Assembly (NCBI RefSeq): GCF_030373445.1
Contig: NZ_JAUCYU010000007.1
Span: 94,215 to 158,214, forward strand
DNA from: Roseovarius sp.
Lineage (GTDB): Bacteria > Pseudomonadota > Alphaproteobacteria > Rhodobacterales > Rhodobacteraceae
DNA length: 64,000 bases
Direction of reading: 5' to 3'
Of the stretch, positions 1-9,389 are shown one piece after another. The first letter of the stretch is position 1. Each line of letters begins with the position of its first letter. The position numbers were made by a program, and so were the translations under genes. The notes under the pieces are model-generated. The model ran no database searches. It saw only the letters and a list, made by a program, of their open reading frames with translations, and had not been told where the DNA came from.

Positions 1-183
1 CAGCGAGCTTCTTCCGATGCAAGGCAACAGCCCGAGCGCGGCGCGCATCAGCGTCGTCTTGCCCGCGCCGTTGGGCCCGATCAGCCCCACCAGTTCGCCC
101 TCGCCGATGGACAGCGAGACATCGCGGAACACGTCCCGCCCGCGCAGGGAGACCGAGAGATCGGAGAGGGTCAGCAGGCTCAT
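1..183 (-). CDS. ABC transporter ATP-binding protein, N-terminal fragment (BtuD/FecE-like; continues beyond window start)
   Basis: Reverse translation from ATG at 183 reads MSLLTLSDLSVSLRGRDVFRDVSLSIGEGELVGLIGPNGAGKTTLMRAALGLL (Walker A GPNGAGKT). The start overlaps the stop of the upstream permease by 4 nt. Confidence 0.85.
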   Translation of the reverse strand, partial: MSLLTLSDLSVSLRGRDVFRDVSLSIGEGELVGLIGPNGAGKTTLMRAALGLLPCIGRSSL

Positions 184-1163
184 ATCCGCTCCCGCCGCAG
201 CTTGAGGATCAGGTGCAGGAAAAGCGGCGCGCCGACCAGCGCGGTCAACACGCCAAGCTTCAGGTCACGCTCGGGCAGGACCACCCGCACCGCGATATCC
301 GCCGCCAGCATCATCGCCGCCCCGCCCATGGCCGAGGCCCACAGGAGGCGCGAGGGCCGCGCGCCGACCAGCGGGCGCAGGATATGCGGCACCACCAGCC
401 CGACGAAGCCGATGGCACCCGCCACTGCCGTGCCCGCCCCCACGACGCAGGCCGTGCCCAGCACAAGCTGCAGCCGCAGCCGCTTGAGCCGCACGCCCAT
501 CGCCTCGGCCGCGTCCTCGCCCAGCGTCAGCGCGTCGAGCCCCCGGCCCAGCGAGGCCAGGATCGCCACGCCCACCGCCATGAAGGGCAGCGCCAGCCAC
601 ACATGGGTCATCGAGCGGTCGGCCAGCGAGCCCATCATCCAGATGACGATCTCGTTGGCCGCGAACGGGTTGGGCGACAGGTTCAGCACCAGCGAGGTCA
701 GCGCGCCGGCCAGCGCCGACACCGCGATGCCCGCAAGGATCAGCGTCAGCGACCCGCCGCGCGGCCCCGCCAGCAGCATCACCAGCGTCACGCCCCCCAG
801 CGCCCCGGCCAACGCCATCAGCGGCAGGCCGAGGGCGAAGACGCCCGCAAGCCCCGTCTGAAGCGCCAGCACCGCCCCCAGCGCGGCGGAGCCCGAGACC
901 CCGATCAGCCCCGGCTCGGCCAGCGGGTTGCGCAGGTAGCCCTGCAGTGCCGCCCCGGCCAGCCCCAGCGAGCCGCCGATCATCACCGCCAGGATCATCC
1001 TCGGCAACCGGATCTCGCGCATGATCAGCGTCATGGGCCCGCCATCCCCCGCCACCAGCGCCGAAAGGCTTTCGCCCACGCCCAGCCCCGCCGGCCCGAT
1101 CAGCAGCGAGGCCAGCATCAGCGCCGCCACCAGCAGCCCGAGGGGGAGCATCACCCGGCTCAA
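180..1163 (-). CDS. FecCD/BtuC-family ABC permease
   Basis: 327-aa multi-pass hydrophobic ORF with FecCD-type motifs (RLPRMILAVMIGGSLGLAGAALQGYLRNPLAEPGLIGVSGSAALG, C-terminal GAPLFLHLIL). It overlaps both neighbouring genes, consistent with operon coupling. Confidence 0.9.
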   Translation of the reverse strand: MSRVMLPLGLLVAALMLASLLIGPAGLGVGESLSALVAGDGGPMTLIMREIRLPRMILAVMIGGSLGLAGAALQGYLRNPLAEPGLIGVSGSAALGAVLALQTGLAGVFALGLPLMALAGALGGVTLVMLLAGPRGGSLTLILAGIAVSALAGALTSLVLNLSPNPFAANEIVIWMMGSLADRSMTHVWLALPFMAVGVAILASLGRGLDALTLGEDAAEAMGVRLKRLRLQLVLGTACVVGAGTAVAGAIGFVGLVVPHILRPLVGARPSRLLWASAMGGAAMMLAADIAVRVVLPERDLKLGVLTALVGAPLFLHLILKLRRERI

Positions 1164-2023
1164 TCCGCCGCCCCGGTGATCTGGCGCCGTGCGGCGCCCA
1201 GCCTTTCGATGGCGCGGAGCACGAAGGGCGTGCCGCAGACCCAGTCCTGATCGGTCATTGCCGCCCCGCCCGGCGCGCGGAACGCCTTCACGGCCGGGTG
1301 GTCCATCACCTCTTCCGAGCGCGACGCGCCGGGATAGGCCCGCGCCGTGATCACCGTGTCGGGGGCGGCCATCGCCAGCACCTCCAGCGGCAGCTTGCTG
1401 CCCGCGCCGTAGCCGGCCCCGACCGCCGCGTTCCCGAAGCCCGCCGCCGAAAGGATCTGCCCGGCCAGCGTGTTCTCGCCCGAGCTATAGCCGTTGGCAT
1501 AGTAGAGCACCGCCGACGGCCGTTCCTCCACCTCCGACCGCAGGGCCGCCAGCCGCGCGTCGTAATCCGCGACCATGCGCGCGGCGGCCTTGTCCCGGTG
1601 CAGCACCTCGCCCACCCGGATGATCCGCTCGCGCACATCCTCGAGCGAGGACGCGGCGGGAATGACCGCAACCGCCAGCCCCAGCCGATCCAGCATGGCA
1701 AGGGTCGCCGGGGGCGAGAACTCGCCCGCCAGCACCAGGTCGGGCCGCATCAGGAAGATCTCCTCGGCGCGACCGTGATTGGCAATATAGGCTGCCGCCG
1801 CGTCGGACATGGGCGATACGCGGGCGTCCGTCGACACGTGACTGACCGAATGCAACTGCCCCTCGCCCGCCAGCATCATCGCAAGCTGATCGGTGCAGAG
1901 GTTCATCGACACGACGCGGGCCGGCGCCCCGGTTTGCGCCTCGGTCTGTGCCGCCCCGGCCCCGGCGGCGATCGCCGCCAGCGCAAGGGCGGCAAGACGG
2001 CATATCCAGCCCGCGCCCGTCAC
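1160..2023 (-). CDS. Periplasmic substrate-binding protein of the cobalamin/iron-complex ABC type (BtuF-like)
   Basis: Frame of ORF 1160..2101. Has RVVSMNLCTDQLAMML and PDLVLAGEF patterns typical of class 8 binding proteins. Preferred start is GTG at 2023, which gives the signal peptide ...WICRLAALALAAIAAGAGAAQ and lies 1 nt after the receptor stop. Upstream ATGs (2074-2101) would overlap the receptor gene, so the start is uncertain. Confidence 0.75.
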   Translation of the reverse strand: MTGAGWICRLAALALAAIAAGAGAAQTEAQTGAPARVVSMNLCTDQLAMMLAGEGQLHSVSHVSTDARVSPMSDAAAAYIANHGRAEEIFLMRPDLVLAGEFSPPATLAMLDRLGLAVAVIPAASSLEDVRERIIRVGEVLHRDKAAARMVADYDARLAALRSEVEERPSAVLYYANGYSSGENTLAGQILSAAGFGNAAVGAGYGAGSKLPLEVLAMAAPDTVITARAYPGASRSEEVMDHPAVKAFRAPGGAAMTDQDWVCGTPFVLRAIERLGAARRQITGAAD

Positions 2024-2024
2024 C

Positions 2025-3959
2025 TCAGAACCGGCTCGTCGCGCCGAAGAACACGGTTCGCCCCTGCGTCGCATAGCCATCCAGTTCCTCGTACCGCGCA
2101 TCCGTCAGGTTGTGTATCCCGGCCGTCAGCCGGGTGCTGTCGGTGATATCATGGCTGAGGCGCAGGTTCACCAGCGTGTAATCCGAGAGGCGCACGGTGC
2201 GCGCCCCGAATGCCGGCGAGGTGAAATCGCTGTCGTGATTGCCCGCCACGTGGCGCAGGTCGAGGTTGATCCGCGTACGGTCGTTCGGCATCCGGTAACC
2301 CAGCTGCAAGAGCGCCTCGTGCTCGGGCCGGCGCACCTCGACCGTGCCGTCGGGGTTCGAGGCATCCAGCCAGGTATAGCTCAGGCCGACGTCGAACCGG
2401 TCGGTCACCGCCAGGTCGGCCGACACCTCCACCCCTTTCCGGTCGCTCCTGCCGACCTGGTTGACCGGCGTCGAAATACCGGTGGCGGGGTCGAAGACCG
2501 AAGTGATCTCGTCGGTCAGTTCGTCGTCGAAATAGGTCACGTCGACCACGCCGCGCCCGCCGAGGAATTGCTGCTCGATCCCGATATCCCAGCCCTTGCT
2601 CTGTTCCGGTTCGAGGGCCGGATTGCCGCGGAAGTTGGCGAAGAAGCCGAACTGCTCGATCAGCGTCGGGTTCTGCACCCCGGTGCCATAGGAGGCGTGA
2701 ACCCGCGTCGCCCCGTTCGGCAACGTGTAGGAGGCACCGACCGCGTAGGTGGTGAAATCCTCGAACCTGTCGTTGAAATCATGCCGGAGGCTGCCCTGCA
2801 GGTCGAACCCGTTGCCGAGGCTGCCCTGGTACTCGACCACAAGCGCCGCCTGCTCGCGCGTCCGCTTGACCAGCTCGCCGGGGCCGAAAAACGCCTGGTT
2901 GCCCTTGTAGGTCAGGTATTCCCACTCGGCCGCGAAGGTCAGGGTGTGATCGGCACTGTCCACGTCGCCGGAATCGAGCGCCACGGTGCCCTTGTAGCTG
3001 AGCTTGGCACGGGTGCCGGTGTTGTCCTGGTCCTGCACGCCCGCGCCGTTGCGGCCCTGCCGGTCGATATGGGCGAAGGACAGGTCGAGGCGGTTCTGCA
3101 GACGCCCGCCGAACGCCTCCAGCTCGGCGAAGAGCGAGCCGAAGCTCTCCTGCAGCTCGGCGTTCGAGGCGTCGTCGACCACAAGCCCGGCGCTGTTGGG
3201 CGCGCCGAAGGCGAAGCCGTCGGTGTCGGAGACCCGGTCGGTGTGGCGAAAGGTGCCGCCAAGCGTCAGCCGGTCATTGACGAAAAACCGCCCCGTCAGG
3301 TTGTAGGTGCGGTTCAGGTCGCCGTCGTCTTCGCCGCCGGGAGTGCCGGAGATGTCGAAGCCGCCGGTCTCGCGCCGGGCGGCCGAGAAGCTGATCTCGC
3401 CCCGGTCGGAGCGCTGGCGCACGGCCACCCGCCCCTCGTAGGTGCCGTCCGATCCCACCTCGAACCCCACTTCGCCGCTGATGCCGGCCTCGGTCGGGCG
3501 CTTGGTGGTGATCGAGATCACCCCGCCGATGGCGTTCGAGCCGTAGAGCGCCGATTGCGGCCCGCGGATCACCTCGATGCGCGCGATATCCGCGGCCAGC
3601 AGCCCGCCGAAATCGTATTCGCCCACGTCCGGCGCCGCCACTTCGACCCCGTCGATCAGCACCAGCGTATGGTTGCTTTCATGCCCGCGCAGCCGCACCT
3701 GCGTGCGCCCGCCGAACCCGCCGGTGCGCGACACCGCCACGCCGGGAAGCGCGCGCAGCACGTCGGCCACGTATTGCGCCCCGCTCTCCTCGATCTCTTC
3801 CCCGGTCAGCACCGATGCGGCGCGGCCGTACTCCCGTGCCTCGACAGGGGTCAGCCCGCCGGAGATGACCAGCGTGCCGAGGTCATAGGCGTCCTCGGCC
3901 ATGGCAGGTGTTGCAAGAATGGTGGTGGCCAGCAGGCCAAGACGCGCGTGGCGTATCAT
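2025..3959 (-). CDS. btuB: TonB-dependent outer-membrane receptor, vitamin B12 (BtuB) type
   Basis: Likely start is ATG 3959, preceded by GGAGGG. Signal peptide MIRHARLGLLATTILATPAMA. Plug region VADVLRALPGVAVSRTGGFGGRTQVRLRGHESNHTLVLIDGVEV. Terminal beta-strand ends ...FFGATSRF. Lies immediately downstream of a cobalamin riboswitch. Confidence 0.85.
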   Translation of the reverse strand: MIRHARLGLLATTILATPAMAEDAYDLGTLVISGGLTPVEAREYGRAASVLTGEEIEESGAQYVADVLRALPGVAVSRTGGFGGRTQVRLRGHESNHTLVLIDGVEVAAPDVGEYDFGGLLAADIARIEVIRGPQSALYGSNAIGGVISITTKRPTEAGISGEVGFEVGSDGTYEGRVAVRQRSDRGEISFSAARRETGGFDISGTPGGEDDGDLNRTYNLTGRFFVNDRLTLGGTFRHTDRVSDTDGFAFGAPNSAGLVVDDASNAELQESFGSLFAELEAFGGRLQNRLDLSFAHIDRQGRNGAGVQDQDNTGTRAKLSYKGTVALDSGDVDSADHTLTFAAEWEYLTYKGNQAFFGPGELVKRTREQAALVVEYQGSLGNGFDLQGSLRHDFNDRFEDFTTYAVGASYTLPNGATRVHASYGTGVQNPTLIEQFGFFANFRGNPALEPEQSKGWDIGIEQQFLGGRGVVDVTYFDDELTDEITSVFDPATGISTPVNQVGRSDRKGVEVSADLAVTDRFDVGLSYTWLDASNPDGTVEVRRPEHEALLQLGYRMPNDRTRINLDLRHVAGNHDSDFTSPAFGARTVRLSDYTLVNLRLSHDITDSTRLTAGIHNLTDARYEELDGYATQGRTVFFGATSRF

Positions 3960-4084
3960 GTCGGTCCCTCCGTATTGCCCCGGCTCGGCGGTGCAAATCA
4001 GCTTGATTGGTCTCGGAGGACGTGCCCCCGCAGACGGTGAAACAACACCTCTACGGAAAGCTCCGTTGCCCATGCGCGCCCCGC

Positions 4085-4295
4085 GCCCGGACAGGGTGAT
4101 CGCCGCGGCAGGTCTCCTGACTTGCGGGTCGTCGCTTGGCCGGGTCTTCCCACCGCGCTTGCGCGCGGCAGTGACATGGTCCGGCTTCGCTCTCCGCCTA
4201 CAGTTGCGGGGGCAGTCACGGAATTGGCGCCTGATGGCTACACCTCACCGTGTTCCCTTTTCACCGGGCAGCGCACCGCCCGGACCGAAGCAGCG
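4085..4295 (-). promoter_or_regulatory. Cobalamin (B12) riboswitch in the btuB leader
   Basis: The minus strand reads GGTGCGCTGCCCGGTGAAAAGGGAACACGGTGAGG...CCGTGACTGCCCCCGCAACTGTAGG...GTCACTGCC...GGTGGGAAGAC...AGTCAGGAGACCTGCC. This matches the conserved AAnAGGGAA / GGTG / GCCCCCGCnACTGT core and the B12 box (4108-4123). It lies about 125 nt upstream of the btuB start. Confidence 0.85.
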
Positions 4296-4534
4296 CTCTG
4301 GTAGCGCGGATCGCGGCCCGGGGAAAGGGGGAAATGTCACCGGCGGCGGGAGGGGCCGCTTGGCCTCCCGCACGGCCTTGAACCGGCCCGGCGCGGGCGG
4401 TAAGGTGCCGCCCAATTGGTGACGACTAGGCATCTGGTTCACTCCCGAAACCCCGCTGCACCTTTTCCGACCGCGTTGGCGTAACCCGCGCCACCGAACC
4501 GAAAAATCACAGCGTTGCCGATCGTCCGAATGCC

Positions 4535-5566
4535 ATGACCACCCCTTCCCGTACCCGCGCCCGCGTTGCATCGGCCCGAACCCGGCGGCAGGTTCTGACC
4601 GCGGGCGGCTGCGCCCTGCTGGCCACGCCGTCATTGCTGCGCGCGGCCGAGACGCTGCGCTTTGCCGGGCCGTGGGGCGAGGCGGTGCTCGACCGCCCCG
4701 CGCGGCGCGTCGTGTCGCTGGGCTATACCACGCAGGACCCGCTGCTGGCGCTGGGGGTGGCGCCGCTGGCGGTGCGCGAATGGTTCGGCGGGCGGCCCCA
4801 TGCCGCCTGGCCCTGGGCCAAGGAGAGGCTCGGTGGTGCTGCGCCACAGGTCCTGACAGGCGAGGTCTCGATGGAACTTGTTGCGGGCCTCGCGCCCGAC
4901 CTGATCGTCGGGATCGGCTCGGGCATCTCGCGGGCGGAATACGAGCTACTGTCGCGGATTGCGCCCGTGCTGATGCAAGCGCCCGGACAGCCCGCCTTCG
5001 GCACGCCGTGGCAGGCCGACACCCGGCGCATCGCCCGCGCCACCGGCCAGTCAGACCGGGCCGAACACCTCATCGCCGGGGTCGAGGAGCGTTTCGCCGC
5101 CGCGCGGGCCCGACATCCCGGCTGGCAAGGCGCCACGGCCGTCGCGGCCTGGCAGAACGGCGGCCAGACCGGCGCCTTCATGCCCGGTGACAGCCGGGCC
5201 CAGTTCTTCGCCGGGTTGGGTTTCGGCCTCCCGCCGGCCCTGCAGGAACTGGCGGCGGTCGACGGGTTCTATACCACGCTCTCGCCCGAGGATCTCTCGC
5301 CGCTCGACGCCGACCTGCTCGTGTGGATCTCCTCCTTCAGCGGCGCGAAGGCCATCGCCGGCCTGCCGATGCGCCGCACGCTTCAGGCGCATCTCGAAGG
5401 CCGCGAGGTCTTTGCCGACGAGGTGACCGCCGCCGCCCTCTCCTTCGGCAGCGTCCTCTCCCTGCCCTTCGCCCTCGACCGGCTGGAGGCCGAGATCACC
5501 GCCGCGCTCGACGGCGACCCGCAAACCGTGGTGCCCTCCGCCCGGGCCGCGGGGCTTCTGCCATGA
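4535..5566 (+). CDS. Fe3+-siderophore ABC substrate-binding protein with Tat-type signal
   Basis: 343 aa. N-terminus has TRRQVLTAGGCALLATPSLLRAAE (twin-arginine). Periplasmic binding protein fold pattern (RVVSLGYTTQDPLLALGV, PDLIVG). ATGA overlap with the next permease. Confidence 0.85.
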   Translation: MTTPSRTRARVASARTRRQVLTAGGCALLATPSLLRAAETLRFAGPWGEAVLDRPARRVVSLGYTTQDPLLALGVAPLAVREWFGGRPHAAWPWAKERLGGAAPQVLTGEVSMELVAGLAPDLIVGIGSGISRAEYELLSRIAPVLMQAPGQPAFGTPWQADTRRIARATGQSDRAEHLIAGVEERFAAARARHPGWQGATAVAAWQNGGQTGAFMPGDSRAQFFAGLGFGLPPALQELAAVDGFYTTLSPEDLSPLDADLLVWISSFSGAKAIAGLPMRRTLQAHLEGREVFADEVTAAALSFGSVLSLPFALDRLEAEITAALDGDPQTVVPSARAAGLLP

Positions 5567-6549
5567 GGCGGGCCGCCCTCCTCGCCCTGCTGCTGGCTCT
5601 GGCCGCCGCGCTGTCGCTGACCACCGGGCCACGGGCGCTCGGCCTGCCCGACTTCCTCGCCGCCCTCACCGCCTATGACCCGCATGACCCGGCGCATGTG
5701 ACCCTGATGGCAATCCGCCTGCCCCGGCTGGTGGCCGGACTGATCGCCGGGGCCGCGCTGGGGGTGGCGGGCACGGTGATGCAGACCCTCACCCGCAACC
5801 CGCTGGCCGATCCGGGCATCCTCGGCATCAACGCGGGCGCGGCCTTTGCCCTGCTTTTGGGCGCGGCGGTCTTCGGGCGCTCCGACCAGGCCGCCATCGC
5901 GCTCCTCGCCTTTCCCGGCGCGGCGCTGGCCTCGGTCGCGGTCTTCGCGCTTGGCGGCGGGCTGCGGGGCGATGCCGGACCGGTGCGGCTGACGCTGGCG
6001 GGGGCGGCGCTGAACGCGCTGCTGCTGTCGATGGTCACGGCGATAGTGCTGGTGCGGCAGGACTCGCTCGATATCCTGCGCTTCTGGGTGGCCGGGTCGC
6101 TGACCGAGGCGGTCTATCGCCCGGTCGCGGAGATGGCCCTTCTCGCCCTTGCCGGCGCGGCGCTGGCGCTGCTCATCGCGCCGCTGATCGAGGCGCTGTC
6201 GATGGGCGCCGACGTGGCGCGCGGCCTGGGCACGCGGCCCGCGCGGGTGCAAGCGGGCGGGCTTTTGGCGGTGACCCTGACCACCGGCGCGGCGGTGGCC
6301 ATTGCCGGGCCGATCGCCTTTCTCGGGCTGATGGCGCCGCACCTTGCGCGGCCCCTCGCCGGCGCGTCGCTCAGGGCGCAGCTTGGCACCTCCGCCGCGC
6401 TTGGCGCGCTGATCCTGACGCTGGCCGACGTGGCGGGCCGGATCATCCTTGCACCGGGCGAGGTGCGGGCGGGCATCATGGTGGCGCTCCTGGGCGGGCC
6501 GGTCTTCGTCTGGATCGCGCGGCGCCTGCGGCCGGGGGCGATGGCATGA
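5563..6549 (+). CDS. FecCD-family iron-siderophore ABC permease 1
   Basis: In-frame ATG at 5563 within ORF 5323..6549 (MRRAALLALLLALAAALSLTTGP...). Has IRLPRLVAGLIAGAALGVAGTVMQTLTRNPLADPGILGINAGAA and GGPVFVWIARR motifs. Confidence 0.9.
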   Translation: MRRAALLALLLALAAALSLTTGPRALGLPDFLAALTAYDPHDPAHVTLMAIRLPRLVAGLIAGAALGVAGTVMQTLTRNPLADPGILGINAGAAFALLLGAAVFGRSDQAAIALLAFPGAALASVAVFALGGGLRGDAGPVRLTLAGAALNALLLSMVTAIVLVRQDSLDILRFWVAGSLTEAVYRPVAEMALLALAGAALALLIAPLIEALSMGADVARGLGTRPARVQAGGLLAVTLTTGAAVAIAGPIAFLGLMAPHLARPLAGASLRAQLGTSAALGALILTLADVAGRIILAPGEVRAGIMVALLGGPVFVWIARRLRPGAMA

Positions 6550-7523
6550 GGGGGGCGGTGTTGCTGGCCCTGTTGCTGGTGCTGGCCAGCGTGGCGGCGC
6601 TGTTGCACGGGCAGATCGACGCCTCGCCTTCGGTCCTCTGGCAGGGGCTGCTGACCGGCGAGGGCCCCGGCGCGCTGATCCTCGACACGATCCGCGGGCC
6701 GCGCGTGGCGACGGCCCTGGGCGCAGGCGCGGTACTGGGCCTGTCGGGCACGATCTTCCAGACGCTGTTCCGTAACCCCTTGGCCGCGCCCGATCTTCTG
6801 GGCTTCAACGCCGGCGCGGGCCTTGCCATCATCGCCGGCATCGCCTTCGGCATCGCCCTGCCTGCGCCGGTGCTCGCCGCGATTGGCGGGCTGGCGGTGG
6901 CCGGGGTCGTGGGCGCGCTGGCCTGGCGCCGGGGCAGCGGGACGCCGGCGCTGACCATCATCCTCGTGGGGCTCGGCACCGGATTCACCGCGACGGCGCT
7001 GGCCACTTTCCTGATGACGCTCCTGCCCGGCACCGCGGCGGCGGAGGCGCAGCGCTGGCTGACCGGGTCGCTCGCCGCCCGAAACTGGGGGCACGCGGCA
7101 CAGGTCTGGGGGGCTGGTATTGCCCTGTCTTTACTGGCTTTTTCGCAGGCGCGGCCCCTGATGGCGATGGAGCTGGGGGGCGAGCTGGCAACCGGGCTTG
7201 GCGTGCGGGCAGAGCCGGCGCGGTGGCGGATATCCGGCATTGCCGTACTGCTGGCCGCGACGGGGGTGGCGGTGGCGGGGCCGGTGCCCTTCGTGGCGCT
7301 GATGGCGGGGCCGTTCGGGGCGCGGATGACCGGGGCGCGGAGCCCGGCGGCGCGGATGGCCGCGGGCGCGGCGGCCGGGGCGCTGATCGTGATGCTCGCG
7401 GACCTGCTGGCGCGGGCCTCGCTGCCCGGTTTGCAACTGCCGGTGGGGGTGGCGACGGGGCTACTGGGTGCGCCCTACCTGCTCTGGCGCCTGTCGCGCG
7501 AAATGGACAAGGGGGACCTGTGA
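6546..7523 (+). CDS. FecCD-family iron-siderophore ABC permease 2
   Basis: 325 aa. Has IRGPRVATALGAGAVLGLSGTIFQTLFRNPLAAPDLLGFNAGAG and GAPYLLWRL motifs. Start and stop overlap the neighbouring genes. Confidence 0.9.
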   Translation: MRGAVLLALLLVLASVAALLHGQIDASPSVLWQGLLTGEGPGALILDTIRGPRVATALGAGAVLGLSGTIFQTLFRNPLAAPDLLGFNAGAGLAIIAGIAFGIALPAPVLAAIGGLAVAGVVGALAWRRGSGTPALTIILVGLGTGFTATALATFLMTLLPGTAAAEAQRWLTGSLAARNWGHAAQVWGAGIALSLLAFSQARPLMAMELGGELATGLGVRAEPARWRISGIAVLLAATGVAVAGPVPFVALMAGPFGARMTGARSPAARMAAGAAAGALIVMLADLLARASLPGLQLPVGVATGLLGAPYLLWRLSREMDKGDL

Positions 7524-8317
7524 TGCTGGAGGCAAGCAGCCTGACGCTGGCCTATGATGGAGGGCCCGTGATCGAGGCGCTCGACCTGTCGCTTCCGGGC
7601 GACAAGGTCACCGCGATCATCGGGCCCAATGGATGCGGGAAATCCACGCTTCTCAAGGCATTGGCGCGCATTCTTCCAGCTCATTCTGGCCGGGTCACGC
7701 TGGATGGCGAGGATATGGGCCACATGACCCCGCGGGCGCTGGCACGGCGGCTGGCGATCCTGCCGCAGGCGCCGCGGGCGCCCGAAGGGATCCGCGTGGC
7801 CGACCTTGTGCGGCGGGGGCGCCTGCCGTGGCGCGGGTTGCTGAGCCCGTGGCGCGAGGAGGATCGGGCGGCCTGTGACGGGGCGCTGGCGGCGGTGGGG
7901 ATGACGGAGCTTGCCCATCGCGACCTGGCGGAGCTGTCGGGCGGACAGCGGCAGCGGGCGTGGCTGGCGCTTGTGCTGGCGCAGGGCACGCCGTGGCTGC
8001 TGCTGGACGAACCCACGACCTATCTCGACCTCACCCACCAGATGGAGGTGCTGGGGCTCTTGCGACGGCTCAACCGGCAATCCGGGACGGCGGTGGTGAG
8101 CGTCCTGCACGACCTCAACCTGGCGGCGCGTTACTCGGATCACCTTGTTCTGCTTGGGAAAAACGGGCTGATCGCCGCAGGTGCGCCCGAGACCGTGCTG
8201 ACGCCGGAGCATCTCGGCGCGGCTTTCGGGCTGCGGGCGCGGGTGATGCCGGACCCGGTGACGGGCACCCCGATGGTGGTGCCCCTCGATATCCCTGAAA
8301 CGGAGGTTTCCGCATGA
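7523..8317 (+). CDS. Iron-siderophore ABC transporter ATP-binding protein (FecE/FhuC-like)
   Basis: ATG 7523 overlaps the preceding TGA. Walker A GPNGCGKSTLLK, signature LSGGQRQRAWLA, Walker B LLLDEPTTYLD, H-loop LHDLN. Confidence 0.9.
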   Translation: MLEASSLTLAYDGGPVIEALDLSLPGDKVTAIIGPNGCGKSTLLKALARILPAHSGRVTLDGEDMGHMTPRALARRLAILPQAPRAPEGIRVADLVRRGRLPWRGLLSPWREEDRAACDGALAAVGMTELAHRDLAELSGGQRQRAWLALVLAQGTPWLLLDEPTTYLDLTHQMEVLGLLRRLNRQSGTAVVSVLHDLNLAARYSDHLVLLGKNGLIAAGAPETVLTPEHLGAAFGLRARVMPDPVTGTPMVVPLDIPETEVSA

Positions 8318-9345
8318 GTGACACGCATCGCAGCACCGCCCGGTTCGACGGCGCCCCGCCCGAGGGTCTGCTTCGCCAGACGGCGGGGTACCTGCGCGCC
8401 TACGACCTGCCGCTCGAGCTGGGCGATACGGCACTTACTGCAACGTTTTCAGAGGCTTGCGTCAGGCTGCAACTCGACGGCGCGGGCTTCTCGCTCGACA
8501 TCCGGGCGGGCAATTCCGCGCAGCTTCACCAGGCCCGCGAGGGGGTGCTGGTGGTGCTCGACCAAATCAGCCCGGAGACCTGCGCGGGGCTGGAATGGAC
8601 GGGGGAAGTGGCGCGGAATGTCAGGCCGCCGAATTTCCACCTTGGCACGGTGCTGGAGGTGCGGCGGGTGTCGGCACATTTCCTAAGGGTGACAATGGGT
8701 TGCGAGGGGGTGTTACACCTTCTGACCGGGGGGATGCACTTCTCGCTATTACTGCCGCCGGGGCCGGAGCCGCGCTGGCCGGAGGTCAACGAGAAAGGCC
8801 GCACGGTCTGGCCCACGGGGGAGGAGGCACTGCACCGGGCGGCCTATACCTTCGTCGAGCTGGATGCGGCGGAGGGGTGGTTCAGCTTCGATGTATTCGA
8901 GCATGAGGGCGGTCTGGCGACGGGCTGGGCAAGGTCCGCGAAACCGGGTGACGTGGTCGGCGTGATGGGGCCCGGCGGAGGTGATTTTCCCGAGTCAGAT
9001 CATATGGTTATGGGCGGAGATGAAACCGCCCTTCCGGCGATCCGGCGAATCCTGGAACACGCGCCAAAGGACCGGAGGGGCGAGGTGTTCATCGAGCTTG
9101 CCGACCCCGCCGACCGCTGCCCGCTGGCCCTGCCGGAGGGGATGCGGCTGACATGGCTGACGCGGGGCGAGGATGCGCCGCTCAAGGCGCATATGCTGGC
9201 CGCAGAGCTGCCGGGGCCGGAGGAGAGCCGGTTCGTGTGGTTCGCGGCCGAGGCCGGGGTGGTGCGGGCCGCGCGGCAGTATTTCCGGGAGGCGGCCGGG
9301 CTGGGAAGGCAGGAGATGTACCTGTCGGCCTACTGGACGGCGTGA
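8314..9345 (+). CDS. Siderophore-interacting FAD-binding reductase (SIP/ViuB family) with an extra N-terminal ~100-aa DUF2218-like domain
   Basis: The C-terminal ~240 aa shows the SIP pattern (HLGTVLEVRRVSAHFLRVTM..., RAAYTFVELD, GDVVGVMGPGGGDF, GDETALPAIRRILE, VWFAAEAGVVRAARQY, YWTA end). The N-terminal 100 aa resembles stand-alone DUF2218 proteins found next to SIP genes. Confidence 0.8.
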   Translation: MSDTHRSTARFDGAPPEGLLRQTAGYLRAYDLPLELGDTALTATFSEACVRLQLDGAGFSLDIRAGNSAQLHQAREGVLVVLDQISPETCAGLEWTGEVARNVRPPNFHLGTVLEVRRVSAHFLRVTMGCEGVLHLLTGGMHFSLLLPPGPEPRWPEVNEKGRTVWPTGEEALHRAAYTFVELDAAEGWFSFDVFEHEGGLATGWARSAKPGDVVGVMGPGGGDFPESDHMVMGGDETALPAIRRILEHAPKDRRGEVFIELADPADRCPLALPEGMRLTWLTRGEDAPLKAHMLAAELPGPEESRFVWFAAEAGVVRAARQYFREAAGLGRQEMYLSAYWTA

Positions 9346-9389
9346 TCGGCGATTCGATGGTTAACGGCGTTGTTTTGCAGGGATTTCGA

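Noticed and set aside
1893-4040. 715-aa ORF on the plus strand
   Set aside because: It is antisense to the well-supported btuB-type receptor. Its translation is Arg/Ala/Gly/Pro-rich with no motifs, the typical high-GC shadow ORF. The same reasoning rejects 202-1250 (+), 1298-2146 (+), 4245-4847 (-) and 5051-6342 (-).
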